This document shows, piece by piece, positions 1 to 8,906 of a stretch of DNA of 64,000 nt. The stretch comes from Clostridiaceae bacterium (GTDB taxonomy: Bacteria; Bacillota; Clostridia; DSM-8532). The notes under the pieces are model-generated. The model made no database searches, had not been told where the DNA came from, and saw only the letters and a program-made list of their open reading frames with translations. Location of the stretch: assembly GCA_012719545.1 (NCBI GenBank), contig JAAYAD010000030.1, forward strand, positions 7,541 to 71,540, written 5' to 3'. Each line of letters starts with the position of its first letter. The stretch's first letter is position 1. Both the position numbers and the translations under genes were made by a program.

Positions 1-1636
1 TGCTGAACTTGGTTCCTTTGCCCCATTCGGTTTCTACTTCCACGATTCCGCCAAGGGCTTCTATCTTTGTCTTTACTACGTCAAGCCCCACGCCTCTGCC
101 TGAGATATCCGTAACCTTGTCGGCAGTGCTGAAGCTGGGCTTAAACAGGTAGTCGATTACTTCTTTATCAGAGAAGGAATTGACAATATCAGCAGATTCA
201 ATTCCCTTCTCGACAATTTTCCTTCTGACCTTATTTACATCAATTCCGCGGCCGTCGTCTTCAACTTCAATGACAACATTGTTTCCGTCCTGGTAGGCAC
301 GAAGATAAATGTTGCCAACAGGAGGCTTATTAGCCTTTATTCTTTCTTCACGGCTCTCTATGGCGTGGTCAGCAGAATTTCTGAGTATATGAATCAAGGG
401 ATCGCCAATCTCGTCTATAACTGTACGGTCAAGCTCGGTTTCCTCACCTGACATATGCAGTTCAATATCTTTATTAAGCTCTCTTGCAATATCGCGAATC
501 ATTCTTGGGAATCTGTTGAATACTGTTTCAACAGGAACCATGCGGACCTTCATAACAGCATCGTGAATGCTTGTAGTTATGCGCTCAAGATATTCTATTG
601 ACTCAGTGTCGGCATGTCCGTTTTCAAGATTGGATTCAAGACCGTTCTTAACAATTATAAGCTCACTAACCAAGTTCATGAGAATATCAAGACGCTCTAT
701 ATCAACACGGACTGTCTTGCCTGTTCTCTTTCTGGCAGCAGCCTGTTCGTTATTTTCCTGCTCTTTTGGCTTAGTAGGAACTTCAACTGTATTAACAGTC
801 TCCAAAACTGCAACAGCCACTTCTTCTTTAGCTTCGCTTACTTCCATATCAAAGCCAATGTGCTCAGGACCTATAGCTGTAACTTCTACCCTCTCTATCT
901 CGGCAACCGCATTTATCTCTTTTTCAAAGACATCTTTAGATTTCTGGGTTATCACTACGACAGTGAATTCAAAATCAAAGCGCTCGTCTTCAATATCCTC
1001 AACCTTAGGAATGGATTTTATTACTTCACCATTTCTTTCAAGGATCTGGAACACTATAAATGCACGGGCTGCTTTCAAGAGGCATCCTTTATCGAAGACA
1101 ACATGAATCTCAAAGACATTCATGCCGGATTCAATTGCCTTTCTTAAAACATTTACATCATACTGGTTAAGTTCTATCCTAAGTTTTCCATTGTTATTTT
1201 GAACGGGTTTTTCCTCCGCTTCCACGGCGGGCGCTGCAGACTGGGAAGGAGCAGTACCACTCAGAATGCCTGTCAATGCATCAACTATATCCTGATTGGT
1301 TTCATTGCCTTCCTGACCTGTGACGGCAATGGTCCCAACATAGTTTTCCAAAGCATCAAGGCACTTAAAGAGGATATCTACCATGCTGGGAACAATCTCA
1401 ATGCGGTCATTTCGGAGTGCATCAAGAACATCCTCCATAACATGGGTAAGTTTCTGCATCTTTGTAAAGCCCATGGTGCCTGCCATACCCTTTAATGTAT
1501 GTGCAACACGGAATATTTCGTTGAGGACCCCTTTATCCCTGTTATTTTTCTCAAGCTCCAGAAGTGACGAGTTGAGATGCTGCAAATGCTCCCGAGCTTC
1601 TTCGGTAAATATGTCGAGGTATTGATTCATATCCAT
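1..1636 (-). CDS. cheA: Chemotaxis histidine kinase CheA (N-terminal ~545 codons; C-terminus lies beyond the left window edge)
   Basis: Absent from the ORF track because it has no in-window stop. The reverse complement from the ATG at 1636-1634 reads MDMNQYLDIFTEEAREHLQHL...FRVAHTLKGMAGTMGF (HPt phospho-His motif). Further on it gives VEDDGRGID and ISGRGVGLD (HATPase_c). It follows cheB, as in the B. subtilis fla/che operon. Confidence 0.9.
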   Translation of the reverse strand, partial: MDMNQYLDIFTEEAREHLQHLNSSLLELEKNNRDKGVLNEIFRVAHTLKGMAGTMGFTKMQKLTHVMEDVLDALRNDRIEIVPSMVDILFKCLDALENYVGTIAVTGQEGNETNQDIVDALTGILSGTAPSQSAAPAVEAEEKPVQNNNGKLRIELNQYDVNVLRKAIESGMNVFEIHVVFDKGCLLKAARAFIVFQILERNGEVIKSIPKVEDIEDERFDFEFTVVVITQKSKDVFEKEINAVAEIERVEVTAIGPEHIGFDMEVSEAKEEVAVAVLETVNTVEVPTKPKEQENNEQAAARKRTGKTVRVDIERLDILMNLVSELIIVKNGLESNLENGHADTESIEYLERITTSIHDAVMKVRMVPVETVFNRFPRMIRDIARELNKDIELHMSGEETELDRTVIDEIGDPLIHILRNSADHAIESREERIKANKPPVGNIYLRAYQDGNNVVIEVEDDGRGIDVNKVRRKIVEKGIESADIVNSFSDKEVIDYLFKPSFSTADKVTDISGRGVGLDVVKTKIEALGGIVEVETEWGKGTKFS

Positions 1637-1637
1637 A

Positions 1638-2690
1638 CTAATAGCGCACCCCCATGAAATTCATTATACAAGCCGGTATCTCCTTTAAAGGAACAGTCTT
1701 GTCTACTATCCCCAGTTCTATAGCGGATCTGGGCATTCCAAAAACTATGCTGCTGCTCTCATCCTGAGCGACAATATAAGCGTTTTTCTTCTTTTTCAGC
1801 TCCATAAGCCCCTTGCTTCCGTCGCTTCCCATGCCTGTCATAATTACTCCTATAATATTTTTGTTATCAGACTGTGCAAGGGAAGTCATCATCACGTCAG
1901 CATTAGGTCTGAAACCTCCTACTGCAGGGCTTTGGTCAAGAACTACAAAAGTTTTGTCTCCCTTACTTTTAAATGTTAAATGGTAATTTCCAGGAGCAAT
2001 ATATGCATACCCTGCTTTAAGCTCGTCTCCGTCCTCGGCCTCCTTGACCTTAAGCTGACACAATTCATTGAGCCTTGCTGCCAGTGACCCTGTAAACCCC
2101 GGAGGCATATGCTGCACAATTACTATGGCTGCAGGCAGGTTTGCGGGAAACTCCGGGAGTATTGTCGCAAGTGCTTTTGGTCCGCCAGTCGAGATACCTA
2201 TTGCAATTATATATTTTAAATCCACATCGTTAGGAGCTATGTCCGCTCTTTCAATACGATGCTTACTCAAAGTACTGTTTTGCTCTTCGGCCTTTTGAGC
2301 CTTATATGCCAATTTAACCTTTTCTATAATTTCATCAGGCGATATATCAAAGACGTTGTCCGGCTTTGATATAAAATCAATGGCGCCGTCCTCCAGCCCA
2401 CGTATGGTGGCATTTATAACTTCCTTTGAGTGTCCGCTGATTATAATAACGCCATATCTTCCTTGTCTCTTAAGGTTCTGGAAACATGTAATCCCGTCCA
2501 TCACCGGCATTTCAATGTCCAGAATAATAACATCAGGCTTAAGTTCCCTGGCCTTCTTTAACGCATCAAGTCCATTCACAGCATTCCCTGCGACCTTAAT
2601 ATTCGGATCCTGTTCAAGAAGATTTCTCAGTATGCTTCTTATCAGGGCCGAATCATCTACAATCAGGACTTTTATCTTATTTCGGGTCAT
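1638..2690 (-). CDS. cheB: Chemotaxis response regulator protein-glutamate methylesterase CheB
   Basis: N-terminal receiver domain (KVLIVDDS...DIEMPVMDG) and C-terminal CheB methylesterase domain (GISTGGPKAL, VQHMPPGFT, GMGSDG). Confidence 0.93.
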   Translation of the reverse strand: MTRNKIKVLIVDDSALIRSILRNLLEQDPNIKVAGNAVNGLDALKKARELKPDVIILDIEMPVMDGITCFQNLKRQGRYGVIIISGHSKEVINATIRGLEDGAIDFISKPDNVFDISPDEIIEKVKLAYKAQKAEEQNSTLSKHRIERADIAPNDVDLKYIIAIGISTGGPKALATILPEFPANLPAAIVIVQHMPPGFTGSLAARLNELCQLKVKEAEDGDELKAGYAYIAPGNYHLTFKSKGDKTFVVLDQSPAVGGFRPNADVMMTSLAQSDNKNIIGVIMTGMGSDGSKGLMELKKKKNAYIVAQDESSSIVFGMPRSAIELGIVDKTVPLKEIPACIMNFMGVRY

Positions 2691-3370
2691 TCAGTATACC
2701 AGCCTTTTTTAAGCAGTTTTCTTTGTGAGTCAAATATGTAACTGATAACCTTCTCTCTATCTCTTTCTGAGATATTTACAAACTCTATACCTGCCTCATA
2801 GCTATATTCGCCTTTATTTCTTATATCCGCAACCCGGACGATACGCCCAATAAAATGTATCTTTTGTCCTATATAAAGGTTTCCTTCCACAAACCAGCCG
2901 CGATTGGGTTTATCCTTGGCAAGAAGGCAGATGCCCCCGCCGCTTATATCCCTTGTAATGCTTTCTTTATAATCTCCCCGTTCTTCGGCCGGAGTGTTTT
3001 CATTTTGATATATCCTGTACTCCACTTTTTCAATGCATTTGAACCTGAAAAAGTTTCTCCTCTGTAAGCGCTGCTTGTCAGATACAGGCCTTATCCTCAT
3101 GTAAGAGAGATTACCTGAGGTTCTGTGTCCTACAACTATTGCCTCGAACTTATAAAGCTGGCCTCCACGTTCATATATAACGTCAAGCTTTGTATTTCTG
3201 GTGATAAAGAAAAGCCTTCCCTCAAAAATCGGGGTCAGAATTTCCATCTCACCATCGTCGAAAAGTTCTTCAAATTGGCTTACCAAAGGTTGATCAGTTT
3301 GTTTATAGTAATTTTTATCCAATACAAGCTCAAGCTTACTTCCTATATCAATCTGTATATTAATTGCCAT
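2687..3370 (-). CDS. PilZ-domain flagellar brake protein (YcgR/MotI-like c-di-GMP receptor)
   Basis: PilZ signature RxxxR (QRRNFFR) followed by D-x-S-x-x-G (DISGGGI), with an N-terminal YcgR-like PilZN region. It is embedded between flhG and cheB. Confidence 0.8.
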   Translation of the reverse strand: MAINIQIDIGSKLELVLDKNYYKQTDQPLVSQFEELFDDGEMEILTPIFEGRLFFITRNTKLDVIYERGGQLYKFEAIVVGHRTSGNLSYMRIRPVSDKQRLQRRNFFRFKCIEKVEYRIYQNENTPAEERGDYKESITRDISGGGICLLAKDKPNRGWFVEGNLYIGQKIHFIGRIVRVADIRNKGEYSYEAGIEFVNISERDREKVISYIFDSQRKLLKKGWYTE

Positions 3371-3442
3371 GTTCAGACCTCAATACCTGTAGTTTAACAT
3401 ATCTGGCTAATAAATTCCATAAATTCCGTCAAAGTTCGACGA

Positions 3443-4333
3443 TTAAGCGCCAAAAAATGACAATAACTTTGATATAAACCCCTTTGTTCCCTGACTGCTG
3501 TCTGCCGCTTGTTCTGAAAACAGCTTGTCCGCTATATCAGAGATGCATTTTGCAGCCTGACATCTGGGGTCATACAAAGCAAATGGTTTCTGAAGCTTTA
3601 CACTTTTTGTCACATTTTCATCATATAATATATACCCAAGTTTTAAAAGCTTTAATGACAAAAATTTTTCTGAAACGACGCATAGCTTGTTGGCAATATT
3701 TTCAGCTTCCGTCATATTTTCAGCCTTGTTGACAAGGATGTTTATATGTTTCTTATGATCCCGCCTTGACACCACCTTTACCAGCGCATAGGCATCTGTA
3801 ATTGCAGTTGGTTCAGGAGTGGTTACAAGTATTACATCATCTGCTGCCAGAATAAAACTTAAGACGTTTCTTGAAAGACCCGCTCCTGTATCTATCAGGA
3901 TCACATCAAACAGCTTGTCAAGAATGTTTATGTTGGCAACAAACTTCCTTAACTGAGTTCTGTCAAGTCTAATCAATTCCTCTACCCCGGAACCTCCGGA
4001 CAGGAACTTTATATTTTCAGGACCATCGGTCAGTACCTCATATACACTTTTTCTGTCATATATGAGATCCAAAAGCGTGTACTTAGGAACAATGCCAAAT
4101 AATACATCTATATTAGCCAAGCCAAAATCAGCATCAAGTATTACTACTTTCAGCCCCTTCCTGCTCAGGGCCAACGCAAGGTTTACTGTAACATTGGTTT
4201 TTCCTACCCCACCCTTGCCGCTTGTAATAGTAATTACTCTGGCTTTCTTTTGCGGTTCCTCCTGCTTGTCTAAAAGCTGGCCGCCGGCTGAATTGAGAAC
4301 AAGTTTTCTGAGTGTTTCCGCCTGGTCATGCAT
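3443..4333 (-). CDS. flhG: Flagellar number regulator FlhG/YlxH (MinD/ParA-type ATPase)
   Basis: Deviant Walker A SGKGGVGKT and MinD-like fold, directly downstream of flhF. The ORF extends to 4369, but the ATG at 4333 (MHDQAETL) has GGAGG 6 nt upstream, so I use it as the start. Confidence 0.85.
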   Translation of the reverse strand: MHDQAETLRKLVLNSAGGQLLDKQEEPQKKARVITITSGKGGVGKTNVTVNLALALSRKGLKVVILDADFGLANIDVLFGIVPKYTLLDLIYDRKSVYEVLTDGPENIKFLSGGSGVEELIRLDRTQLRKFVANINILDKLFDVILIDTGAGLSRNVLSFILAADDVILVTTPEPTAITDAYALVKVVSRRDHKKHINILVNKAENMTEAENIANKLCVVSEKFLSLKLLKLGYILYDENVTKSVKLQKPFALYDPRCQAAKCISDIADKLFSEQAADSSQGTKGFISKLLSFFGA

Positions 4334-4365
4334 AAGAGCCTCCGTTAAAATACAGGAACATAGGT

Positions 4366-5670
4366 TCAAATCTGATATTTGGCCAGAATATTCAAAACCA
4401 GCTGTTTAGTGTCTACAATGTCCAAATCGTCAGGCACACTCTGACCAGAAGTTGTATAAGAAAGTGGTTTACCGGTCATGTATCTGGCATTCAGAATTGC
4501 ACCCAATGCAGGCGATTCATCAAGCTTTGTGAAAATCAGCTTATAGCTTTTCACAAAGGTATAGGCTTCCAACATTTCCTTTATTGCCATTCTGCTTGAG
4601 TTGCAGCTTATAACAAGGTAAATTTCGTCGGCGCCTGCGAGTTCTACAAGTTTTTTAAGTTCATCAAAATGTTCTTTGTTTTTATGGCTTCTTCCTGCGG
4701 TATCGATAAGAATGAGATCTTTATCGGACAATTGCTTAACTGCATCACTTATCTCTTCGGGAGAGTACACCACATTAAGAGGTACCCCCAATATTTCGGC
4801 ATAGGTTTTAAGCTGCTCAACAGCTGCTATCCTGTATGTGTCTGCCGTAATAAACCCGACATTATTTTGCCGGTTTAATGCAAAATCTGCTGCTATTTTT
4901 GCAAGGGTAGTGGTTTTTCCCACGCCGGTCGGTCCAATAAACAAGGCTATATGCGGCCTTTTTTCGCCAAGAACAATGGGCTCAGGCTTGCCCAAAAGAA
5001 CTTCCACAACTTTGGATGCAAGATTTGCAACTTCAGGAGCCCCTAGAATGCTGCCGCCTCTTTCCTTTATTTTATTTATAATCTTATCAATAAGGACGGG
5101 CTCTACATCATGCTCTGTGAGAATCTTTTTTATGTTAAGAATATTTTCGTTTTCCTGTTTTATTATTGTTGGCTTTGGTGCTTCATTGGCTTTAATGATT
5201 GTGGGGCTCGGTATCTCCTGGGCTTTAATTATCTTAGGAGGTTCTTCCTTTTTCTCTTCACCCTTTTGGTTAAGTGAGGAATATATTTGCTTTAGGGTGT
5301 TCTCCATATTTTTTAATTTGCGCTCAATATTTGCTATTTTTTCGTTCTCATAATCAGCGGAAGGTTCAAGAACAGAAGTCTTTAAAGGCTCAGACTTTCC
5401 ATAAATACGCTGGGATTTCTGGGCAACTGCCTGCAAAGCCTCCTGAAGCAAGGGAGAATACTTTTTAATTTGATGACTTTCCTTAATTGAAGGCACATGA
5501 TCGTCATCAACAGCCGCTACCACTTCCAGCATAGGCTTTGAAAAAAGCCCCTTTAAGCCCTTGGGTTTTATCTTTCGGCTGTTCATTATCACAGCTTCGC
5601 TTCCAAGATCCATTTTCACCTTGATCAGGGCTTCCTGCATGTCCTTGCACGTATACCTTCGAATCTTCAT
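4366..5670 (-). CDS. flhF: Flagellar biosynthesis GTPase FlhF (SRP-type)
   Basis: SRP54-type G domain: GPTGVGKTTTLAKIA, DTAGR, TKLDE. The track ORF opens with TTG at 5712. The first ATG (MKIRRYTCKDMQEAL) at 5670 matches typical FlhF N-termini. Confidence 0.9.
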   Translation of the reverse strand: MKIRRYTCKDMQEALIKVKMDLGSEAVIMNSRKIKPKGLKGLFSKPMLEVVAAVDDDHVPSIKESHQIKKYSPLLQEALQAVAQKSQRIYGKSEPLKTSVLEPSADYENEKIANIERKLKNMENTLKQIYSSLNQKGEEKKEEPPKIIKAQEIPSPTIIKANEAPKPTIIKQENENILNIKKILTEHDVEPVLIDKIINKIKERGGSILGAPEVANLASKVVEVLLGKPEPIVLGEKRPHIALFIGPTGVGKTTTLAKIAADFALNRQNNVGFITADTYRIAAVEQLKTYAEILGVPLNVVYSPEEISDAVKQLSDKDLILIDTAGRSHKNKEHFDELKKLVELAGADEIYLVISCNSSRMAIKEMLEAYTFVKSYKLIFTKLDESPALGAILNARYMTGKPLSYTTSGQSVPDDLDIVDTKQLVLNILAKYQI

Positions 5671-5751
5671 CTTAAGTGACGCCCTTCCCTTTCTATAAGC
5701 TGATTCCTGCAATTCCCAACTTAATCAGGCTGCCGTTATAACATTAATTAT

Positions 5752-7779
5752 TTATATTGTGACCATATCAACAGCGTTAATGTCTATTGCAGGGTCAATC
5801 TCATTATATGACAGCACCACAAGTCCCGGGATGGCATTCTCTGTCAGACGCTTAAAGTAAAGCCTTACAACAGGAGATGCCAGAATAATAGGCTGTATGC
5901 CCTTTTGCGCCATTTTTTCTGCCAGAGAAGCAGCCTTTGATATAATGCGGCTGCTTATGCTTGGATCCATTGCCATGTAGGATCCAGCCTCGGTCTTTTG
6001 AACAGAATCAAGAATAATCTTCTCCACTTTGGGATCAAGGGTGATAACCTCGGAGCTGCCGTTGCCAAGATACGATTTTGAAATTGCCCTGCCGAGGCTT
6101 TGTCGGACATATTCGGTCAGCATGTCGGTATCACGTGTCACAGGTGCAAAATCGGCAAGTGTCTCAAGAATAGTGGTCATATCCCTGATTGAAACTCCCT
6201 CACGAAGCAGATTTGCAAGCACCTTCTGTATTTCTCCCAATGTCATTATCTTTGGTACAAGCTCTTCAACAATAGCAGGATTGTTTGTCTTGACGTTATC
6301 AATAAGAGTCTGTACGTCCTGCCTGCTTAAGAGCTCATGTATGTGCCTTCTTAAAATTTCCGTCATATGGGTAGCCACAATTGACGGCGGATCAACTACA
6401 GTAAAGCCCATCATTTCGGCTCTGTCACGCATGCTTTCAGGAATCCAGAGTGCAGGAAGACCAAAAGCAGGTTCGGTGGTAGGTATGCCTTTGATCTCTT
6501 CATCACTTATTCCACGCGGGTTCATTGCCATGAAATGATCCAGTATGAGTTCGCCGCTGGCAACTTCAACACCCTTTATTTTTATCACATACTGGTTGGG
6601 CGCCAGCTGAATATTGTCCCTAAGTCTGATAATAGGGACAATTACTCCCAGCTCCAAAGCCAGTTGTCTTCTTATCATAACCACCCTGTCCAAAAGGTCT
6701 CCGCCCTGGTTTTTATCAGCAAGGGGTATTATGGCATAGCCAAATTCCAGCTCTATGGGGTCAACCTGAAGGAGGGACACTACATTTTCCGGCTTTCTTA
6801 TCTCCTCTACTTCCTGTTCTTCTACCTTAATTTCCTCCTGCAGAGATACTTCCTTAACCTTATCCTTAATTTTCTTGGCAAGTAAGGCAAGTCCTATCGC
6901 AACTGCAAGGAGCGACCACTGCCTTAATATTGGAACAAGAATGGTACAAGCCGCGGCCCCTATATAAAGAACTTGGGGACTTCCAAAAAGCTGTTTAACA
7001 AGGTCGCTTCCAAGGTCTCCATCGGAGGCGGCTCGTGTCACAATTATACCTGTCGCCACCGAAATCAGAAGGGCGGGTATCTGGCTTACAAGTCCATCAC
7101 CAATGGTCAGTATGGTGTACTTTTCCAATGCTTCCTCAATGGTATTGCCATGGGCTACAAGTCCCATGATTATTCCGCCCAAAATGTTTACAACGGTTGT
7201 AATAATACCGAAAATTGCATCGTTCTTAACAAACTTGGCAGCACCATCCATGGAACCATAGAAGTCAGCCTCACGTTGAATCTTTTTTCGCCTTTCTTTT
7301 GCCTCTGCTTCATTAATCAAACCTGAATTCAGATCTGCGTCAATAGCCATCTGCTTACCCGGCATGGCATCAAGGGTAAATCGTGCAGATACTTCAGCCA
7401 CACGTTCGGCGCCCTTTGTGATAACAATGAACTGAGCCAGCATAATTATGATATAAACAATGAAGCCGACAACCAGATCATTTCCTCCAACAAACCGTCC
7501 AAAGCTTCTGATGACTCCGCCAGCCTCACCTTTGCCTATGATAAGCCTGGTGGAAACTATGTTCAGAGACAGCCTGTACATAGTGGCAAACAGAAGCATT
7601 GTCGGGAACGAAGCCATGGACAGGGCATCGGTCGCATAAATCGAGTTGACAAGAATCAACAGAGACAATGTGATGTTGATTACCAAGAGGACATCTAAAA
7701 GAAAGTCCGGAATTGGCACAATTATGAAAATTACAATAAATACTACAAAAGCAGCAACCAAAAGATTTCTGTTGCTCAT
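5752..7779 (-). CDS. flhA: Flagellar type III export gate protein FlhA
   Basis: Typical FlhA N-terminal TM region and cytoplasmic domain (EPAFGLPALWI). The start is taken at ATG 7779 (MSNRNLLVAAFVV), which has GGGGGA 6 nt upstream. The longer ORF to 7875 runs through the promoter-like region. Confidence 0.93.
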   Translation of the reverse strand: MSNRNLLVAAFVVFIVIFIIVPIPDFLLDVLLVINITLSLLILVNSIYATDALSMASFPTMLLFATMYRLSLNIVSTRLIIGKGEAGGVIRSFGRFVGGNDLVVGFIVYIIIMLAQFIVITKGAERVAEVSARFTLDAMPGKQMAIDADLNSGLINEAEAKERRKKIQREADFYGSMDGAAKFVKNDAIFGIITTVVNILGGIIMGLVAHGNTIEEALEKYTILTIGDGLVSQIPALLISVATGIIVTRAASDGDLGSDLVKQLFGSPQVLYIGAAACTILVPILRQWSLLAVAIGLALLAKKIKDKVKEVSLQEEIKVEEQEVEEIRKPENVVSLLQVDPIELEFGYAIIPLADKNQGGDLLDRVVMIRRQLALELGVIVPIIRLRDNIQLAPNQYVIKIKGVEVASGELILDHFMAMNPRGISDEEIKGIPTTEPAFGLPALWIPESMRDRAEMMGFTVVDPPSIVATHMTEILRRHIHELLSRQDVQTLIDNVKTNNPAIVEELVPKIMTLGEIQKVLANLLREGVSIRDMTTILETLADFAPVTRDTDMLTEYVRQSLGRAISKSYLGNGSSEVITLDPKVEKIILDSVQKTEAGSYMAMDPSISSRIISKAASLAEKMAQKGIQPIILASPVVRLYFKRLTENAIPGLVVLSYNEIDPAIDINAVDMVTI

Positions 7780-7873
7780 AATATTCCCCCGGTAAAAAGC
7801 CTTTTTCTTTGGTAGCTTAAGGCCAGGCAAGACCCGGCTGTTGCTTTGGAAAAAACATTTACTATATACAATC

Positions 7874-7925
7874 ATATTGTATTATAAAGTGTCAATTAAT
7901 ACAATATATTGTTTATTATTGTCTA
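7874..7925 (-). promoter_or_regulatory. Candidate sigmaA-type promoter (TAGACA-18-TATTAA) with nested palindromes upstream of flhA
   Basis: On the minus strand, TAGACA (7925-7920), an 18-nt spacer, then TATTAA (7901-7896). An 11-bp perfect inverted repeat ATATTGTATTA (7874-7884) / TAATACAATAT (7897-7907) overlaps the palindrome ACAATATATTGT (7901-7912). Confidence 0.4.
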
Positions 7926-7987
7926 TAATAACCAGATTGTGTCTAATTTGGGTGAATTCTTGCGCATATTTATTCAAATTTTAACAG

Positions 7988-8011
7988 TAAAAAAGCTCCT
8001 CCTAAGGAGCT
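7988..8011 (-). terminator. Rho-independent terminator candidate directly after the HAD hydrolase gene
   Basis: Minus-strand hairpin AGCTCC-ttagga-GGAGCT (8011-7994) followed by a T6 run (7994-7989). The TAG stop of the HAD gene lies in the loop. Confidence 0.55.
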
Positions 8012-8805
8012 GACAATACAAATTTGTTGATTACATGAGCCACTCCGTCCTCGTTATTGGACAGAGTAATAAAGTCGGCTTTGTTTTTTACTTCATCGGG
8101 AGCATTGCCCATAGCTACTCCAAGACCGGCATATTCAATCATGGGAAGATCATTGAACCCATCTCCCACGGCTATCATTTCTTTTCTGTCTATTCCGTAG
8201 AATTCTCCCAGTTTCTCCATGGCAATGGCCTTTGAAGCCTGTTTATCGGTAAATTCAAGGAAAAAAGGCTGGGAAGTGTAATAGTTGACATTACCACTTA
8301 AGAATGTTCCTACAGTTCTGTGATATTCCGATATTTTCTCTGTATAATCGTACCATAATATTTTAGTTACTCCGCCTTCTGCCACATCAATGAGGTTTTC
8401 CACCTCAATTGGCTCAACAGTGGATATCTTTATATACCTTTCAACCCATTCATTGATTTTCTCAACGAAAAGGCAATTATTCTTCCATACCATTATATTT
8501 ACGCCGTATTTTTTGCCAAGAGAAATGATATTCTTTGCATCTACAGATGACATACACTTTTCATAAAGTATCTTTCGGGTCTTTCCCATAACAACCATTG
8601 CACCGTTATATGTAATAAAAGGCAAATCCAGATTTATCATAGCGTTAATGTTCTCAACACCCTGTATGGGCCTTCCTGTCGCTATGGTGAAGATAAGACC
8701 CTTTTTAACACCCATTCTGATAGCCTTTATTGTGTTTTCGGATATCTTTCCTTCATCATTAAGAAGGGTACCGTCAATATCCACAGCTATAAGCTTATAG
8801 TCCAT
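8002..8805 (-). CDS. Cof-type HAD-IIB family hydrolase (sugar-phosphate phosphatase-like)
   Basis: HAD motif I DIDGTLL at the N-terminus, C-terminal GDGFNDLPM motif, and Cof/YbiV-like architecture. The start is taken at ATG 8805 (MDYKLIAVDIDGTLL), with GGAG 8 nt upstream. The track ORF starts at a GTG 9 nt further up. Confidence 0.85.
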   Translation of the reverse strand: MDYKLIAVDIDGTLLNDEGKISENTIKAIRMGVKKGLIFTIATGRPIQGVENINAMINLDLPFITYNGAMVVMGKTRKILYEKCMSSVDAKNIISLGKKYGVNIMVWKNNCLFVEKINEWVERYIKISTVEPIEVENLIDVAEGGVTKILWYDYTEKISEYHRTVGTFLSGNVNYYTSQPFFLEFTDKQASKAIAMEKLGEFYGIDRKEMIAVGDGFNDLPMIEYAGLGVAMGNAPDEVKNKADFITLSNNEDGVAHVINKFVLSAP

Positions 8806-8906
8806 TATATACACTCCTTCGATGTCGCGGGCATCTGCCCTGATATTCCTATTCTATTACACTGTCCGGGCAGCATCAATGATAAGCCCCGCAACATTCT
8901 GTGTCA

